Assembly (NCBI GenBank): GCA_902616145.1
Contig: CACMRM010000001.1
Location: 161,450 to 225,449, forward strand
Reading direction: 5' to 3'
DNA from: an uncultured Pelagibacteraceae bacterium
Lineage (GTDB): Bacteria > Pseudomonadota > Alphaproteobacteria > Pelagibacterales > Pelagibacteraceae
DNA length: 64,000 nt
Below are positions 1-9,315 of this stretch, piece by piece. Each line of letters begins with the position of its first letter. The first letter of the stretch is position 1. The notes beneath the pieces were generated by a model. It did not search any database, was not told the DNA's origin, and saw nothing but the letters and a program-made list of their open reading frames with translations. The position numbers and the translations under genes are program-made.

Positions 1-1182
1 AAGTTTTTTTCCAAAATACTGTAACCTCTCATCTTTAAATTTTGAGATAACCTGAAGTTTTTTATCCCAATCGACAATGTGAAACTCTGGCATTATTTTA
101 TTATCCTCTGTTGAAGTAAATTTAGCGTAAATACTTTCCTCATTATATAAATCTTCTTGTGACTTTGTTTGTTCTTTTTCATCAATTTCAGATCGTTTTA
201 CCGAAGAAACCTTTTCCGCAAAAGCTTCGTTGTTTTTTATCATTTTAGCTCTTTCCTCTAATTTTTTTGTACCAATAAGTTTGTACTCATCAAATTGATT
301 TCCATAAGAAGGATTCATAATAACTGGATGTTTATTGTGTCTAACAGTTCTAATGAATTTTGGTTGTTTTTTCATCGCTGCAGTTAACTCTTTAATTGGC
401 ATTTCCAAATATGGAGATGGATCATGTCTCAAATCAAAACATAATGGCCATTGATACTGAGGATGCTGACAAATAAACGTTTGAACATATGGTCTACTTC
501 TTCCATAAAAATATTCATTTGTACAAAAAAGTAATTCTTTTTTAATTAATTCTAAAGACTGATTTTTATCCATTGTTAACATGCTTGCTTTCCAAACATT
601 TGGGGCTTTTTTAGATATTAATTTCGCTATCCCAATAGTAGCTATCACATCGCCAATTGCACTATGTGCATCTCCATGTTCAATTCCGTTTAAAGGTGCC
701 ATTTGATCTAATTTGTAAACATCGTTCCCTTTTTCATTTACGGAATTTTTAAGTGTATTTGGGTAATACAAGTTAGCGGCTCTTGCCAAACTTAAGATAT
801 CTCCTCTAGTGTTTCCGTTTGTGCTGGTAATATAAGGATATTCTAATGTTTGAAACAAAGTGCACCTTAAAAATTCCTCATCAAACTCAATGCTATTGAA
901 CCCAATATAAGTAGCCTTACCCCATTTTTTTAGTGTTTCAACAAACTGCCTAATCATTTCATAATGAGAGAGGTTAGATTTTTTTAGCATTGAGGGTGAG
1001 GTCTTGTTCACGATCAGCGCCATTGCTTCTGGAATTATTCCAGGACTTAATCTACACCTAGCATCAAAACGATCTAGTTCATCTAAATTGTCATTTGTTA
1101 ATACAGCGCCAATTTGAATTATTTGACCCCAATATTTATTAGATGAACTGGTCTCAAAATCATAAAAGACAAAGTTAGACAT
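1..1182 (-). CDS. sbcB: Exodeoxyribonuclease I, N-terminal part. The gene continues beyond the window start.
   Basis: Absent from the ORF track because it runs off the edge. Manual reverse-strand translation from the ATG at 1182-1180 gives MSNFVFYDFETSSSNKYWGQIIQIGAVLTNDNLDELDRF..., later ...NGIEHGDAHSAIGDVIATIGIAKLIS. This parallels E. coli SbcB (FLFHDYETFG..., NGIEHSNAHDAMADVYATIAMAKLV). Confidence 0.85.
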   Translation of the reverse strand, partial: MSNFVFYDFETSSSNKYWGQIIQIGAVLTNDNLDELDRFDARCRLSPGIIPEAMALIVNKTSPSMLKKSNLSHYEMIRQFVETLKKWGKATYIGFNSIEFDEEFLRCTLFQTLEYPYITSTNGNTRGDILSLARAANLYYPNTLKNSVNEKGNDVYKLDQMAPLNGIEHGDAHSAIGDVIATIGIAKLISKKAPNVWKASMLTMDKNQSLELIKKELLFCTNEYFYGRSRPYVQTFICQHPQYQWPLCFDLRHDPSPYLEMPIKELTAAMKKQPKFIRTVRHNKHPVIMNPSYGNQFDEYKLIGTKKLEERAKMIKNNEAFAEKVSSVKRSEIDEKEQTKSQEDLYNEESIYAKFTSTEDNKIMPEFHIVDWDKKLQVISKFKDERLQYFGKKL

Positions 1183-1191
1183 AATTTATCT

Positions 1192-2220
1192 TTACTTTAA
1201 AACTTTTATCTTTTCTGGATTTTCTTTCAAGGAGTCTGTTACTTGTTCTGGATCTTTTATATTCCCAAGCGTATTCATTATAGATCTAGCATCTCTACCA
1301 AAACCATCAGTTGCAGCCATGGCCTGTTCTAATTTCTTTCTTAATTCTTTAATCCCATCAAAATGTTTTTCAAACCTAGAGCTTATATTTCTTAAATCAG
1401 AATAGATTTGAGTTGCATGCTGTTGAACTTTTAGTGTCTGAAATCCTAAATGATAAGATTGCAACAAAGCAGATAAAGTATTAGGACCAGAAACTGTTAC
1501 TTTATATTTTGTTCTAAGCTCTTGTAATAAAAGTTCTTTTGTTTTTGGATCTCTATAGCTTGAAAGTTCTGAGAATAATCCTTCAGTAGGAACATAAATG
1601 ATCGCAAAATCTGTGCTTTTAGGAGGCGCTATATACTTAGAGTTTACCGTTTTAGCTTTCAATCTAAAAGCTGCGGCTAAATCCTTTCTCGCCTCTGCTT
1701 GAGCCTCTTTGTTATTAGAATTGTAAGCGTCATCAATTGCTTTATATTTTTCTACTGGCCAATGACTGTCTATTGGTAATAAAACATCTTGAAGCTTAAT
1801 AGCAAATTCAACTGTCTCGGACGTATCATCTTTCATTTTTGCATTAGCAATAAATTGAGATGCTGGTAATAAATCTTTAAGAAGGGCGCCTAATCCAAAT
1901 TCTGCAAGTGTTCCATATGTTTTAACACCGCTTAAAATTCTACTAAAATTATCTTGGCTTTTATTAAGCTCACTTACTTGCTGGTTAAAAACTGAAACTT
2001 TTTCATCAACTTTAGTTAAAGCACCAGTCATATCTTTAGCAATTTCTTTGCTCATAGAACCAAAGGATTGGCCGAAGGTTTCTTTAAATGAGTTAAACTC
2101 ATCTTTAAAAGTTTGCTCTGGGTCTATTGTTTTTTCAGGCTTATTTCTTATTAAGAAGAAAATAACTCCAATATTAATAACAACTAATAATATGACTAAA
2201 ACTATGATTAACGAATCCAT
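1192..2220 (-). CDS. rmuC: DNA recombination protein RmuC family (predicted nuclease with N-terminal membrane anchor)
   Basis: 342-aa ORF with an N-terminal TM helix, a coiled-coil region and an FAIIYVPTEGLF motif typical of the RmuC family. Lies 9 nt upstream of sbcB on the same strand. Confidence 0.75.
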   Translation of the reverse strand: MDSLIIVLVILLVVINIGVIFFLIRNKPEKTIDPEQTFKDEFNSFKETFGQSFGSMSKEIAKDMTGALTKVDEKVSVFNQQVSELNKSQDNFSRILSGVKTYGTLAEFGLGALLKDLLPASQFIANAKMKDDTSETVEFAIKLQDVLLPIDSHWPVEKYKAIDDAYNSNNKEAQAEARKDLAAAFRLKAKTVNSKYIAPPKSTDFAIIYVPTEGLFSELSSYRDPKTKELLLQELRTKYKVTVSGPNTLSALLQSYHLGFQTLKVQQHATQIYSDLRNISSRFEKHFDGIKELRKKLEQAMAATDGFGRDARSIMNTLGNIKDPEQVTDSLKENPEKIKVLK

Positions 2221-2236
2221 AAATTAATATACCACA

Positions 2237-3187
2237 TTAAGAATTAATATATTTCAAAATATTTTTTGCTGGCAAAGTTCTTCTAATCCAGTGGTTTGGA
2301 ATACTTTTTGGTTTTAATGCTGCAAAATATGCTCCAACAAAGTTTGCTCTTGAACAATTGCAACCACCAGCTTTAATCGTTTTTATAATAGCAGATTTAT
2401 AATTTTTGGATGTTATAATCGCATGAATTGACCCCATAAATGTGCCAGGATAACTACAAGCTTTTCCAAATTTTCTTACAGTCATTATATGATTTTGATT
2501 TTTTAGTCTTAAAACTTTTTTAATATTAGTAATTACTTCTTTGAAATATTTATTTTTTTGGTATTTTTTAACAAAAGATTGAACAGGATTTCTATCTTTT
2601 TTATTAGCTAATTCTATAATCTTTAATTTAGATAAAGCATATTTTTCATTTATTCTTGAATTAGCTACAGATGTAATAATCTTTTTAAGTTCTTTTTCTT
2701 TATCATTGAAAAGAAAATAAGGCAGAGCAGCACAATAACCGTCGGACTCGTTTACTTTAGTACCACCAGTAATAATTTTCTTAGATTTGATATTTTGTAT
2801 AGTCTCTAAGATATTTTGATGGATCCACGGACCATTCATAGGCTTTTTCCATTTCACTTTTTTGTATTTTTTTCTTAATTTTAAATTTTTCCAATAATTT
2901 GACCCTGGCCCAAAGTGTTTTATGATATTTTTTTTGAAATTCTTAAAAATTTCTGATTTTTTTTTTGAGGAAATCAAAGTTTGAAACATTACTTGAGCAA
3001 TATCATTATACCCTGAAACCATTCCAGTTTTAATATTATAGAAAGGACTTCTGTTTTTTTTCAAAAAAACTATTTCTTTTTTTCCCTTAATATATTTCTT
3101 TAACTTTTTTGGATCGTAAACCCAATGTAGAGGTCTAGTCGCTGCGTCCGCAACTGTTGCGCCTAAAAAAATATGTAAATTATCCAT
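2237..3187 (-). CDS. ADP-ribosylglycohydrolase (ARH/DraG)-fold protein, divergent, with acidic metal ligands substituted
   Basis: The N-terminal FLGATVADAATRPLHW resembles DraG FLGLAVGDALGATVEF. The C-terminal AGGCNCSRANFVGAYFAA...IPNHW resembles GGDADTTGAIAGQLAGALYG..IP..W. Very Lys-rich. Its start overlaps the rlmN stop by 8 nt. Confidence 0.45.
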   Translation of the reverse strand: MDNLHIFLGATVADAATRPLHWVYDPKKLKKYIKGKKEIVFLKKNRSPFYNIKTGMVSGYNDIAQVMFQTLISSKKKSEIFKNFKKNIIKHFGPGSNYWKNLKLRKKYKKVKWKKPMNGPWIHQNILETIQNIKSKKIITGGTKVNESDGYCAALPYFLFNDKEKELKKIITSVANSRINEKYALSKLKIIELANKKDRNPVQSFVKKYQKNKYFKEVITNIKKVLRLKNQNHIMTVRKFGKACSYPGTFMGSIHAIITSKNYKSAIIKTIKAGGCNCSRANFVGAYFAALKPKSIPNHWIRRTLPAKNILKYINS

Positions 3188-4271
3188 TAAGTATAGCTTT
3201 ACTATTCGCTAGCGATCCACAAGATGCATTTATGTCTCTACCCCTGCTTCTTCTAAACAAAGAGAGAAATCCAGCTTCTTGAATTGTTTTAGAAAACTTA
3301 TCTATATTTTCTTGAGTCGCTGGTTTGAAATCTTTGTTTGAAAGAGGATTAAATTCAATTAAATTTAATTTTGAAGGAACTTTTTTCATAATCTTTATAA
3401 GTTCTTTAGCGTGTTCATCTGTTAAATTTTCATCTAAACATATCCACTCAATAAAAATAGGTAATTTTGTTTTTTCATAATATTTTTTAAGTTTTGGTAA
3501 TAATGAACTAATTGAATATTTATCATTTATTGGCATTAATTCTGATCTGTGTTTTGGTATAGAACTATGTAAACTCCATGCAAGATAAACATCTAACTCA
3601 TTTGCAGCCCACTCTATTGCATCTAAATTATCTTTTTTTGTTCCTACTCCTACTGTGCTTACTGTAATTCTAGTTCTTCCGTATTCTAAGCCATCTTTAT
3701 TTTTTGAATTGTCTATAGCAACTTTAACATTATCTAAATTCAAAAAAGGCGATCCTTCACCCATCAATACTTGATTGGTTATTTTTTTCTGAGTTGACCA
3801 ATCATTTATATAATCTTTACTTAAAATTATTTGGGAAATTATTTCTCCTGGCGATAAATTCCTTACTATTTTTTTTGAAATTTGAGCTGTTGCGCAAAAT
3901 TCGCAGGAGAGATAACAACCCACTGACACAGATAAACAAATTGTATATCTACTTTGAGATTTATCTGGGATAAGGACTGTCTCAACATTACGTTTATCTT
4001 TAAGCTCTAAAAGAAATTTTATAGTCCCGTCCTTAGATTTTTGAACGTCTATAATTTTTGGTTTTTCTAAACTAATCAAATCTTTGATCTTACCTCTAAG
4101 TTCAGTTCCAAATGTAGTAAGCTCATCAAAACTTTTAATATTTTTTTTGTAAACTGCGTTAAAAAGTTGTTGAGACCTCATCTTTGCTTTTTTTGGCTCA
4201 ACTTCTCCTTTTTCAATTAAAAAAGCTTTTAGTTGATCAAAATTAAGATCATAAAAATTTTGTTTTTCCAT
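3180..4271 (-). CDS. rlmN: 23S rRNA/tRNA adenine-C2 methyltransferase RlmN (radical SAM)
   Basis: Contains the radical-SAM cluster motif GCYLSCEFCAT and the C-terminal INASCGSLA (conserved RlmN/Cfr Cys). Length and N-terminal domain are typical of RlmN. Confidence 0.9.
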   Translation of the reverse strand: MEKQNFYDLNFDQLKAFLIEKGEVEPKKAKMRSQQLFNAVYKKNIKSFDELTTFGTELRGKIKDLISLEKPKIIDVQKSKDGTIKFLLELKDKRNVETVLIPDKSQSRYTICLSVSVGCYLSCEFCATAQISKKIVRNLSPGEIISQIILSKDYINDWSTQKKITNQVLMGEGSPFLNLDNVKVAIDNSKNKDGLEYGRTRITVSTVGVGTKKDNLDAIEWAANELDVYLAWSLHSSIPKHRSELMPINDKYSISSLLPKLKKYYEKTKLPIFIEWICLDENLTDEHAKELIKIMKKVPSKLNLIEFNPLSNKDFKPATQENIDKFSKTIQEAGFLSLFRRSRGRDINASCGSLANSKAILNG

Positions 4272-4293
4272 TAAGAGGATATTAAAGACTTAA

Positions 4294-4315
4294 GTGGGGA
4301 TTTTAAAGTCCCCAC
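4294..4315. terminator. Stem-loop GTGGGGA-N8-TCCCCAC between two same-strand (minus) genes: downstream of the 4327-4791 stop and upstream of the rlmN start
   Basis: Perfect 7-bp GC-rich inverted repeat in the 55-bp spacer, flanked by A/T-rich sequence. Confidence 0.5.
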
Positions 4316-4326
4316 CCTATAAAAGT

Positions 4327-4791
4327 TTAAAGCTGATTTTTATCAGTTTTTAAATGCTTCAAAATTTTTCCGGAATTTTTTCCATTCTTAACCAAATAAC
4401 CAGCTGTTCCATTGGCGTTTGCCTCGGGGGCTTTTTGGTTTTTACTTAACTGCATTGAGAGTTTCTGCTCAGCTTTTTTTACGGCAGAATTTCCATACAG
4501 TTTGCTAAATCTATTCATAGCAACTCCTTTCATTTCTACCGACTTTACAACCTTTAATAGGTCCGGCATGTCGAATGCCGAGTCTTTTTTCCCATGACAG
4601 ATGGGTAAGTAAACCTTAATATAAGGTTTATATTTGTCAATGGATAATAAGCTTTTAGGAGTAATCATTATAGGTTTTGGCCTATTAGTTCTTTTCAGCG
4701 AACAAGAATACTCTTGGATTATATCAGCAATAGCAGTGGGGATAGGTTCAGGATTTCTAATACGAAAAAATGAAAAAAATGATATAGACAA
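4327..4791 (-). CDS. Hypothetical protein (no family recognised). The true start may be the ATG at 4668.
   Basis: 154-aa ORF. The first ~40 codons would leave only 6 bp to the divergent gene at 4798. The internal Met (MITPKSLLSIDKYKPYIKVYLPICHGKK...) gives a 113-aa product. Confidence 0.45.
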   Translation of the reverse strand: MSISFFSFFRIRNPEPIPTAIADIIQEYSCSLKRTNRPKPIMITPKSLLSIDKYKPYIKVYLPICHGKKDSAFDMPDLLKVVKSVEMKGVAMNRFSKLYGNSAVKKAEQKLSMQLSKNQKAPEANANGTAGYLVKNGKNSGKILKHLKTDKNQL

Positions 4792-4797
4792 TTAAAG

Positions 4798-5376
4798 ATG
4801 TCTAAGAAAATTTTTATCGTTTATGGTCATCACAATATAAAAAAATCATTTAATGCTTCTGTAAGAGATACTTTTATTGAAGAAGCAAAAAAATTAGGTC
4901 ATCAAGTTGATTTGATTAATTTACATGAGGAAAAACCAATTCCTTTTTTTGATGGTTCTGGCCCTAATGATCAAATTTTAGATTATAGAAAAAGATTAGA
5001 AGCAAGCGATGTATTATTTATGATTTCACCTTGTTATAATCTTAGAGCAACTGCAATTTTAGAAAATTGGATTGATTTAACTTTAGCTCCAAAATGGTTT
5101 TTTTCATTTAAAAGACTTGTTGGTAATTGGGGTTACCCTGTTGCAGGCGCGATGAAAGGTAGAAAAGCTATAATGTCGATGTCTTACGGTGGAAATTGGT
5201 TTTCAATTCAAACCTGGTTTCAAAATATTCCATTTAGAAGAATTAAAGCAGGAGTTTTAAAGCTTGGAGGAATGGAAACAACCTACATAAGATTTTATGA
5301 GGTTTTGCCAGGTATGACACAAGAAAAATTTAATTTACATATGCAAAAAGTAAGAAAACTAGTGCGAAATTTATAA
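4798..5376 (+). CDS. Flavodoxin-like fold NAD(P)H (quinone) oxidoreductase family protein
   Basis: The N-terminus KIFIVYGHHNIKKSFNASVRD... and overall length (192 aa) resemble the Flavodoxin_2 / KefF / MdaB-type family. Confidence 0.65.
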   Translation: MSKKIFIVYGHHNIKKSFNASVRDTFIEEAKKLGHQVDLINLHEEKPIPFFDGSGPNDQILDYRKRLEASDVLFMISPCYNLRATAILENWIDLTLAPKWFFSFKRLVGNWGYPVAGAMKGRKAIMSMSYGGNWFSIQTWFQNIPFRRIKAGVLKLGGMETTYIRFYEVLPGMTQEKFNLHMQKVRKLVRNL

Positions 5377-5414
5377 TAATTTAAATTTCAATTTAAAAAG
5401 TATATAAAGCATTT

Positions 5415-5861
5415 ATGGAAAGTTTTAAAAATTGGATGACTGAAGCAGCTAACATCATGTTTGATGATAGTAAAAACGACTTAAGAAGCTTGCCAAAATC
5501 TGTAAGGCTTCAAATCTTAATTGTTTTGTCTTTTGTTTGGTCCACTGTGTTTAGCCTCTATGTATTTAGCGTAACCTCTTTTATTTTTGGATGGGCTGGA
5601 GTAGTTATGGCGCATATTGGATTAATCATAGCAGTTTACTTAACATTTAAATTTTTTCATAAAAAACAAGAACAACCAGTCAGTGTTTTTCAATCTGGAA
5701 ATTATAATCCTGCAAAAATATTTGCAGTCTTTTTTATTGTTTTTTTTATCTTTATTTTTACTAAGGGGATTGATGTACTAACAAGAACCAATAGCTACGA
5801 AACACCTTACTCTGGTCCTGAAACTACTACTGAAGAAAGAATCAAAAGATTTGTAAAATAG
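5415..5861 (+). CDS. Hypothetical membrane protein (about 3 TM helices)
   Basis: 148-aa ORF with hydrophobic segments ILIVLSFVWSTVFSLYVF, GWAGVVMAHIGLIIAVYL and IFAVFFIVFFIFIF. No family recognised. Confidence 0.55.
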   Translation: MESFKNWMTEAANIMFDDSKNDLRSLPKSVRLQILIVLSFVWSTVFSLYVFSVTSFIFGWAGVVMAHIGLIIAVYLTFKFFHKKQEQPVSVFQSGNYNPAKIFAVFFIVFFIFIFTKGIDVLTRTNSYETPYSGPETTTEERIKRFVK

Positions 5862-5885
5862 CAATTTCAAGACTAAAATTGTTTA

Positions 5886-6722
5886 ATGAAATTATTAAGA
5901 GTCGGTAAGTTGGGAAGTGAGATTGTTGCTGCCTTAGACAGTAATAATATCATTAGGGATCTTTCGGATCACATTAAAGATTTAAATCCACAGACTGTAA
6001 ACGAGGAAACATTAAAAAAATTAAAAAGTATAAAATTATCTGAGCTTAAGGAGATCAACTCAAACATTAGAATTGGAGCTTGCATCTCAAATCCCGTAGA
6101 TTTTTTAGCAATAGGTTTGAATTATAAAGCACATGCAGAAGGTACCAAATCAAAATTACCAACTGAACCAATTGTTTTCAATAAAAGCTCTGGATGTATT
6201 CAGGGTCCTAATGATCAAATAACGAAACCTAGGTCTGCTAATAAAATGGATTATGAAGTTGAAGTTGGTATGATTATTGGTAGGGAAGGCAAATATATTA
6301 AAGAGGAAAATGCTCAAGACTATGTGTTTGGCTTCTGTATTGTTAATGACATATCTGAAAGGTCTTGGCAAAAAGAAAGGGGAGGTCAATGGATTAAAGG
6401 TAAATCTATAGCAGGACCAACAGGGCCTTATCTTGTAACCAAAGATGAAATAAAAAACTTAAATAATATTAATTTAGCTTTAGATGTAAATGGCAATAGA
6501 AGACAAACTGGAAATACAGAAAGAATGATTTTCAATTTCAATTTTTTAATTTCCCATTTAAGTCAATTTATGACTTTATATCCTGGGACAATTATAACTA
6601 CAGGAACACCTGCAGGTACGGCAATGGAAATGGAAAAACCTGAATTTCTAAAAGCAGGTGACAAACTGCACCTAAAAGTAGATGGACTGGGTGAACAATT
6701 TCATGAAATAATAGACGAATAA
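5886..6722 (+). CDS. Fumarylacetoacetate hydrolase (FAH) family protein
   Basis: Contains the DYEVEVGMIIGREGKYI and GTPAGT motifs typical of FAH / 2-keto-4-pentenoate hydratase-like enzymes. 278 aa. Confidence 0.85.
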   Translation: MKLLRVGKLGSEIVAALDSNNIIRDLSDHIKDLNPQTVNEETLKKLKSIKLSELKEINSNIRIGACISNPVDFLAIGLNYKAHAEGTKSKLPTEPIVFNKSSGCIQGPNDQITKPRSANKMDYEVEVGMIIGREGKYIKEENAQDYVFGFCIVNDISERSWQKERGGQWIKGKSIAGPTGPYLVTKDEIKNLNNINLALDVNGNRRQTGNTERMIFNFNFLISHLSQFMTLYPGTIITTGTPAGTAMEMEKPEFLKAGDKLHLKVDGLGEQFHEIIDE

Positions 6723-6724
6723 TT

Positions 6725-6835
6725 ATGTCAAAAAGATATTCGGGTAAAAGTCAAAAGGACAGAAGCTTTATGAAAAAAGCAAAGTTATCTTTAAAAGAAA
6801 AGAGAAAGCTTAAAAGAGAGAGAAAGAATAAATAA
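6725..6835 (+). CDS. Candidate 36-aa highly basic micro-protein (below the ORF-track cutoff)
   Basis: Manual translation: MSKRYSGKSQKDRSFMKKAKLSLKEKRKLKRERKNK*. It fills the FAH-SRAP gap exactly. Its TAA overlaps the next ATG (TAATG at 6833-6837). No clear SD. Confidence 0.35.
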   Translation: MSKRYSGKSQKDRSFMKKAKLSLKEKRKLKRERKNK

Positions 6836-7461
6836 TGTGTGGAAGATATAGTATTCGAAAACCAGTTACTAAAACTGCTGATTTGGTAAAAACAAATATA
6901 AAGGTTGAAGACTCAGATAATTATAATGCACACCCAACTCAAAAGTTACCAGTAATAAAATCCTATTCAAATGGTAAGGCTCTTGAGCTTTATGAGTGGG
7001 GATTAGTTCCGAATTGGTCAAAAAAATTAGACAAGTTTTCTCCCCTTATTAATGCAAGAAGAGAAACTCTTATGGAAAAAGTGACTTTTAAGAATCTTAT
7101 CCAGACATCAAGATGTATTATTCCAGCTGATGGATACTATGAATGGAAGAGAGAAGATAAAATAAAAACTCCATATTATTTTACAAAGGAAGATGACGAA
7201 CTAATGTATCTTGCGGGTATATATCAAAATGATCAATTTTGTATAATCACAAGAGAGGCTACTGAAAAAATTAGTGTCATCCATCATAGAGAGCCAATGA
7301 TTATTAATCAAAGCCAGATTAATAATTACTTGAACGTAAAAAAAGATGCTATAGAAATATTGAACTCTATTAAACCACCCAACTTAAAGTTTCATGAAAT
7401 TTCAAAAGATGTTAACAATCCAATTAATAATGACCCATCAATAATTAATTCGGTGAACTAA
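6835..7461 (+). CDS. yedK: SOS response-associated peptidase (SRAP/YedK, abasic-site DNA-protein crosslink family)
   Basis: Starts MCGRY (catalytic Cys2 hallmark) and contains the YEW and HHR motifs. 208 aa. Confidence 0.85.
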   Translation: MCGRYSIRKPVTKTADLVKTNIKVEDSDNYNAHPTQKLPVIKSYSNGKALELYEWGLVPNWSKKLDKFSPLINARRETLMEKVTFKNLIQTSRCIIPADGYYEWKREDKIKTPYYFTKEDDELMYLAGIYQNDQFCIITREATEKISVIHHREPMIINQSQINNYLNVKKDAIEILNSIKPPNLKFHEISKDVNNPINNDPSIINSVN

Positions 7462-8265
7462 ATGAAATCTGTTTCTATAACTCCAGGTAAAAATAACGTA
7501 GGTGCTTACATTAACGATATAAATTTAAATAATTTAAATAACGACTTAACGGGTCAAATTAAAGATATACTTAATAAATACGGAGTAATTTTTATCAAAA
7601 AGCAAAGTTTGGACTCTGGTGCATACCAGAATTTTGCAAAATCTATTGGGCAATTAGTAGAATATCCAAGACTAAAGGGATTAGAGAATTTTCCTTATAT
7701 AAATGTTTTAGAGAGAAAACCTAGTGATAAAAGTTTGGCTTTCGGAGGATCTTGGCTACATCAGGACACCTCATATTTGGAAAAAGATAGACCGAGATAT
7801 ACTATGCTTATGGGTATAGAAATACCTGTAGGACAAGGTAATACTATTTTTTCCTCTGGTTTTAATGCTTACAAAAATCTTCCTGATGAAATAAAACAAA
7901 AAATTAAAAATGCTATAGGTGTTTTTTCATCTGCTGGACCAATTAGTAAAACTAGAATTGAATTGGAAAAAAGAGCTGGAATTCAATCTTCAAAAGTATT
8001 GGAAGCTGAACATCCGATTGTACAAGAGGTTAACGGACAAAAGTCTTTATATGTTTCTCCAGGTCATCTAATAAAAATTAAAAACATCGATGAAAGTGAA
8101 AAAATTAAAAATTTTCTTATTGACCATGTAAATAAAGATGAGTTTATATTTTCTTATGAGTGGTCAAAAGGAGATTTAGTTCTATGGGATAATCTCAGTG
8201 TGATGCATAAAGCAAGTGAAATAAAAAATTGTAGCCGTATAATGCATCGCATTACTATAAAATAA
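7462..8265 (+). CDS. TauD/TfdA family Fe(II)/2-oxoglutarate dioxygenase
   Basis: Contains WLHQDTSY (HxD iron ligands) and the C-terminal WDN..VMH...R motif. 267 aa. Directly abuts the SRAP stop. Confidence 0.8.
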   Translation: MKSVSITPGKNNVGAYINDINLNNLNNDLTGQIKDILNKYGVIFIKKQSLDSGAYQNFAKSIGQLVEYPRLKGLENFPYINVLERKPSDKSLAFGGSWLHQDTSYLEKDRPRYTMLMGIEIPVGQGNTIFSSGFNAYKNLPDEIKQKIKNAIGVFSSAGPISKTRIELEKRAGIQSSKVLEAEHPIVQEVNGQKSLYVSPGHLIKIKNIDESEKIKNFLIDHVNKDEFIFSYEWSKGDLVLWDNLSVMHKASEIKNCSRIMHRITIK

Positions 8266-8267
8266 TT

Positions 8268-9311
8268 TTACTTTTTTAAAATCGTCAAGTGGCCCATTTT
8301 TCTTTTTTCTTTAATAATTTTTTTTCCATAATCAAAAAAGTATTCATTTGTATCAAAAGATCGCTTTCTATAGTCTTGTATTTCGCTACCTAATATATTT
8401 TTCATCTCAGCATTTGCTATTTTCTTTACATTTTCTTTCTTAAATCCACAAACAGCTCTTATGTGATTTTCAAATTGACTGATATTAAATGCATTTATTG
8501 TTAAATGCCCTGAGTTATGAACTCGAGGTGCAATTTCATTAACCAACAAGTTATCTTCTTGATCTATAAAATATTCAACGCACATTGTTCCAATATAATC
8601 TAATTTATTTGCAATTAACTTAGCGTTGTCTTTAGCTTTTTGGAAAATATCTGGTTTTATATCAGCTGGAATTTTGGAGTATTTTAAAATTTGGTCTTTG
8701 TGAAGATTTTCTATTGGCTCGTAAATATAAATTTCACTATTTTGAAATCTCGTAACAATTACAGAAATTTCTTTTTTTAAATTTACTCTTTTTTCTAATA
8801 TGTAATCTGCTGTAAAACACCAATCTTTTTTAACATCATCCAAGGTATTTAAAACGTACTGACCATGACCATCGTAACCTAACGTATTTGTTTTTAAAAT
8901 TCCGGGTAATAAAGTTTTATTTTGCTGTACATCTTTGGCATTCTTTATAAATGCCCAATTTGTAGTTTTGATTCCAAGATCATTTACGAACATTTTTTCT
9001 AATTTTCTGTTTTGAATAATCTTATTAATTTCAGGTTTGGGTAAAACTTTTTTTTCTTTATTAATCTCTTTTAAAATATTTATTGGAATATTTTCAAATT
9101 CGTAAGTAATGATATCTACTTTGTTTATAAATTCTCTAATCTTGTTTTTGTCATCATATTTTGCAAAAATAAATTTATCTGAATAGTTTTGTGCTGGACC
9201 ATTTTGATCGTCTGAAATTACTATAGTCTTTATATTAAGTTTTTTTGCAGCCTGGCATAGCAATGAACCAAGTTGACCTGAACCAATGATTCCTAGGACG
9301 CTTATTAACAT
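8268..9311 (-). CDS. purK: N5-carboxyaminoimidazole ribonucleotide synthase
   Basis: N-terminal GIIGSGQLG and ATP-grasp architecture. Directly downstream of purE. Confidence 0.9.
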   Translation of the reverse strand: MLISVLGIIGSGQLGSLLCQAAKKLNIKTIVISDDQNGPAQNYSDKFIFAKYDDKNKIREFINKVDIITYEFENIPINILKEINKEKKVLPKPEINKIIQNRKLEKMFVNDLGIKTTNWAFIKNAKDVQQNKTLLPGILKTNTLGYDGHGQYVLNTLDDVKKDWCFTADYILEKRVNLKKEISVIVTRFQNSEIYIYEPIENLHKDQILKYSKIPADIKPDIFQKAKDNAKLIANKLDYIGTMCVEYFIDQEDNLLVNEIAPRVHNSGHLTINAFNISQFENHIRAVCGFKKENVKKIANAEMKNILGSEIQDYRKRSFDTNEYFFDYGKKIIKEKRKMGHLTILKK

Positions 9312-9315
9312 TTTA

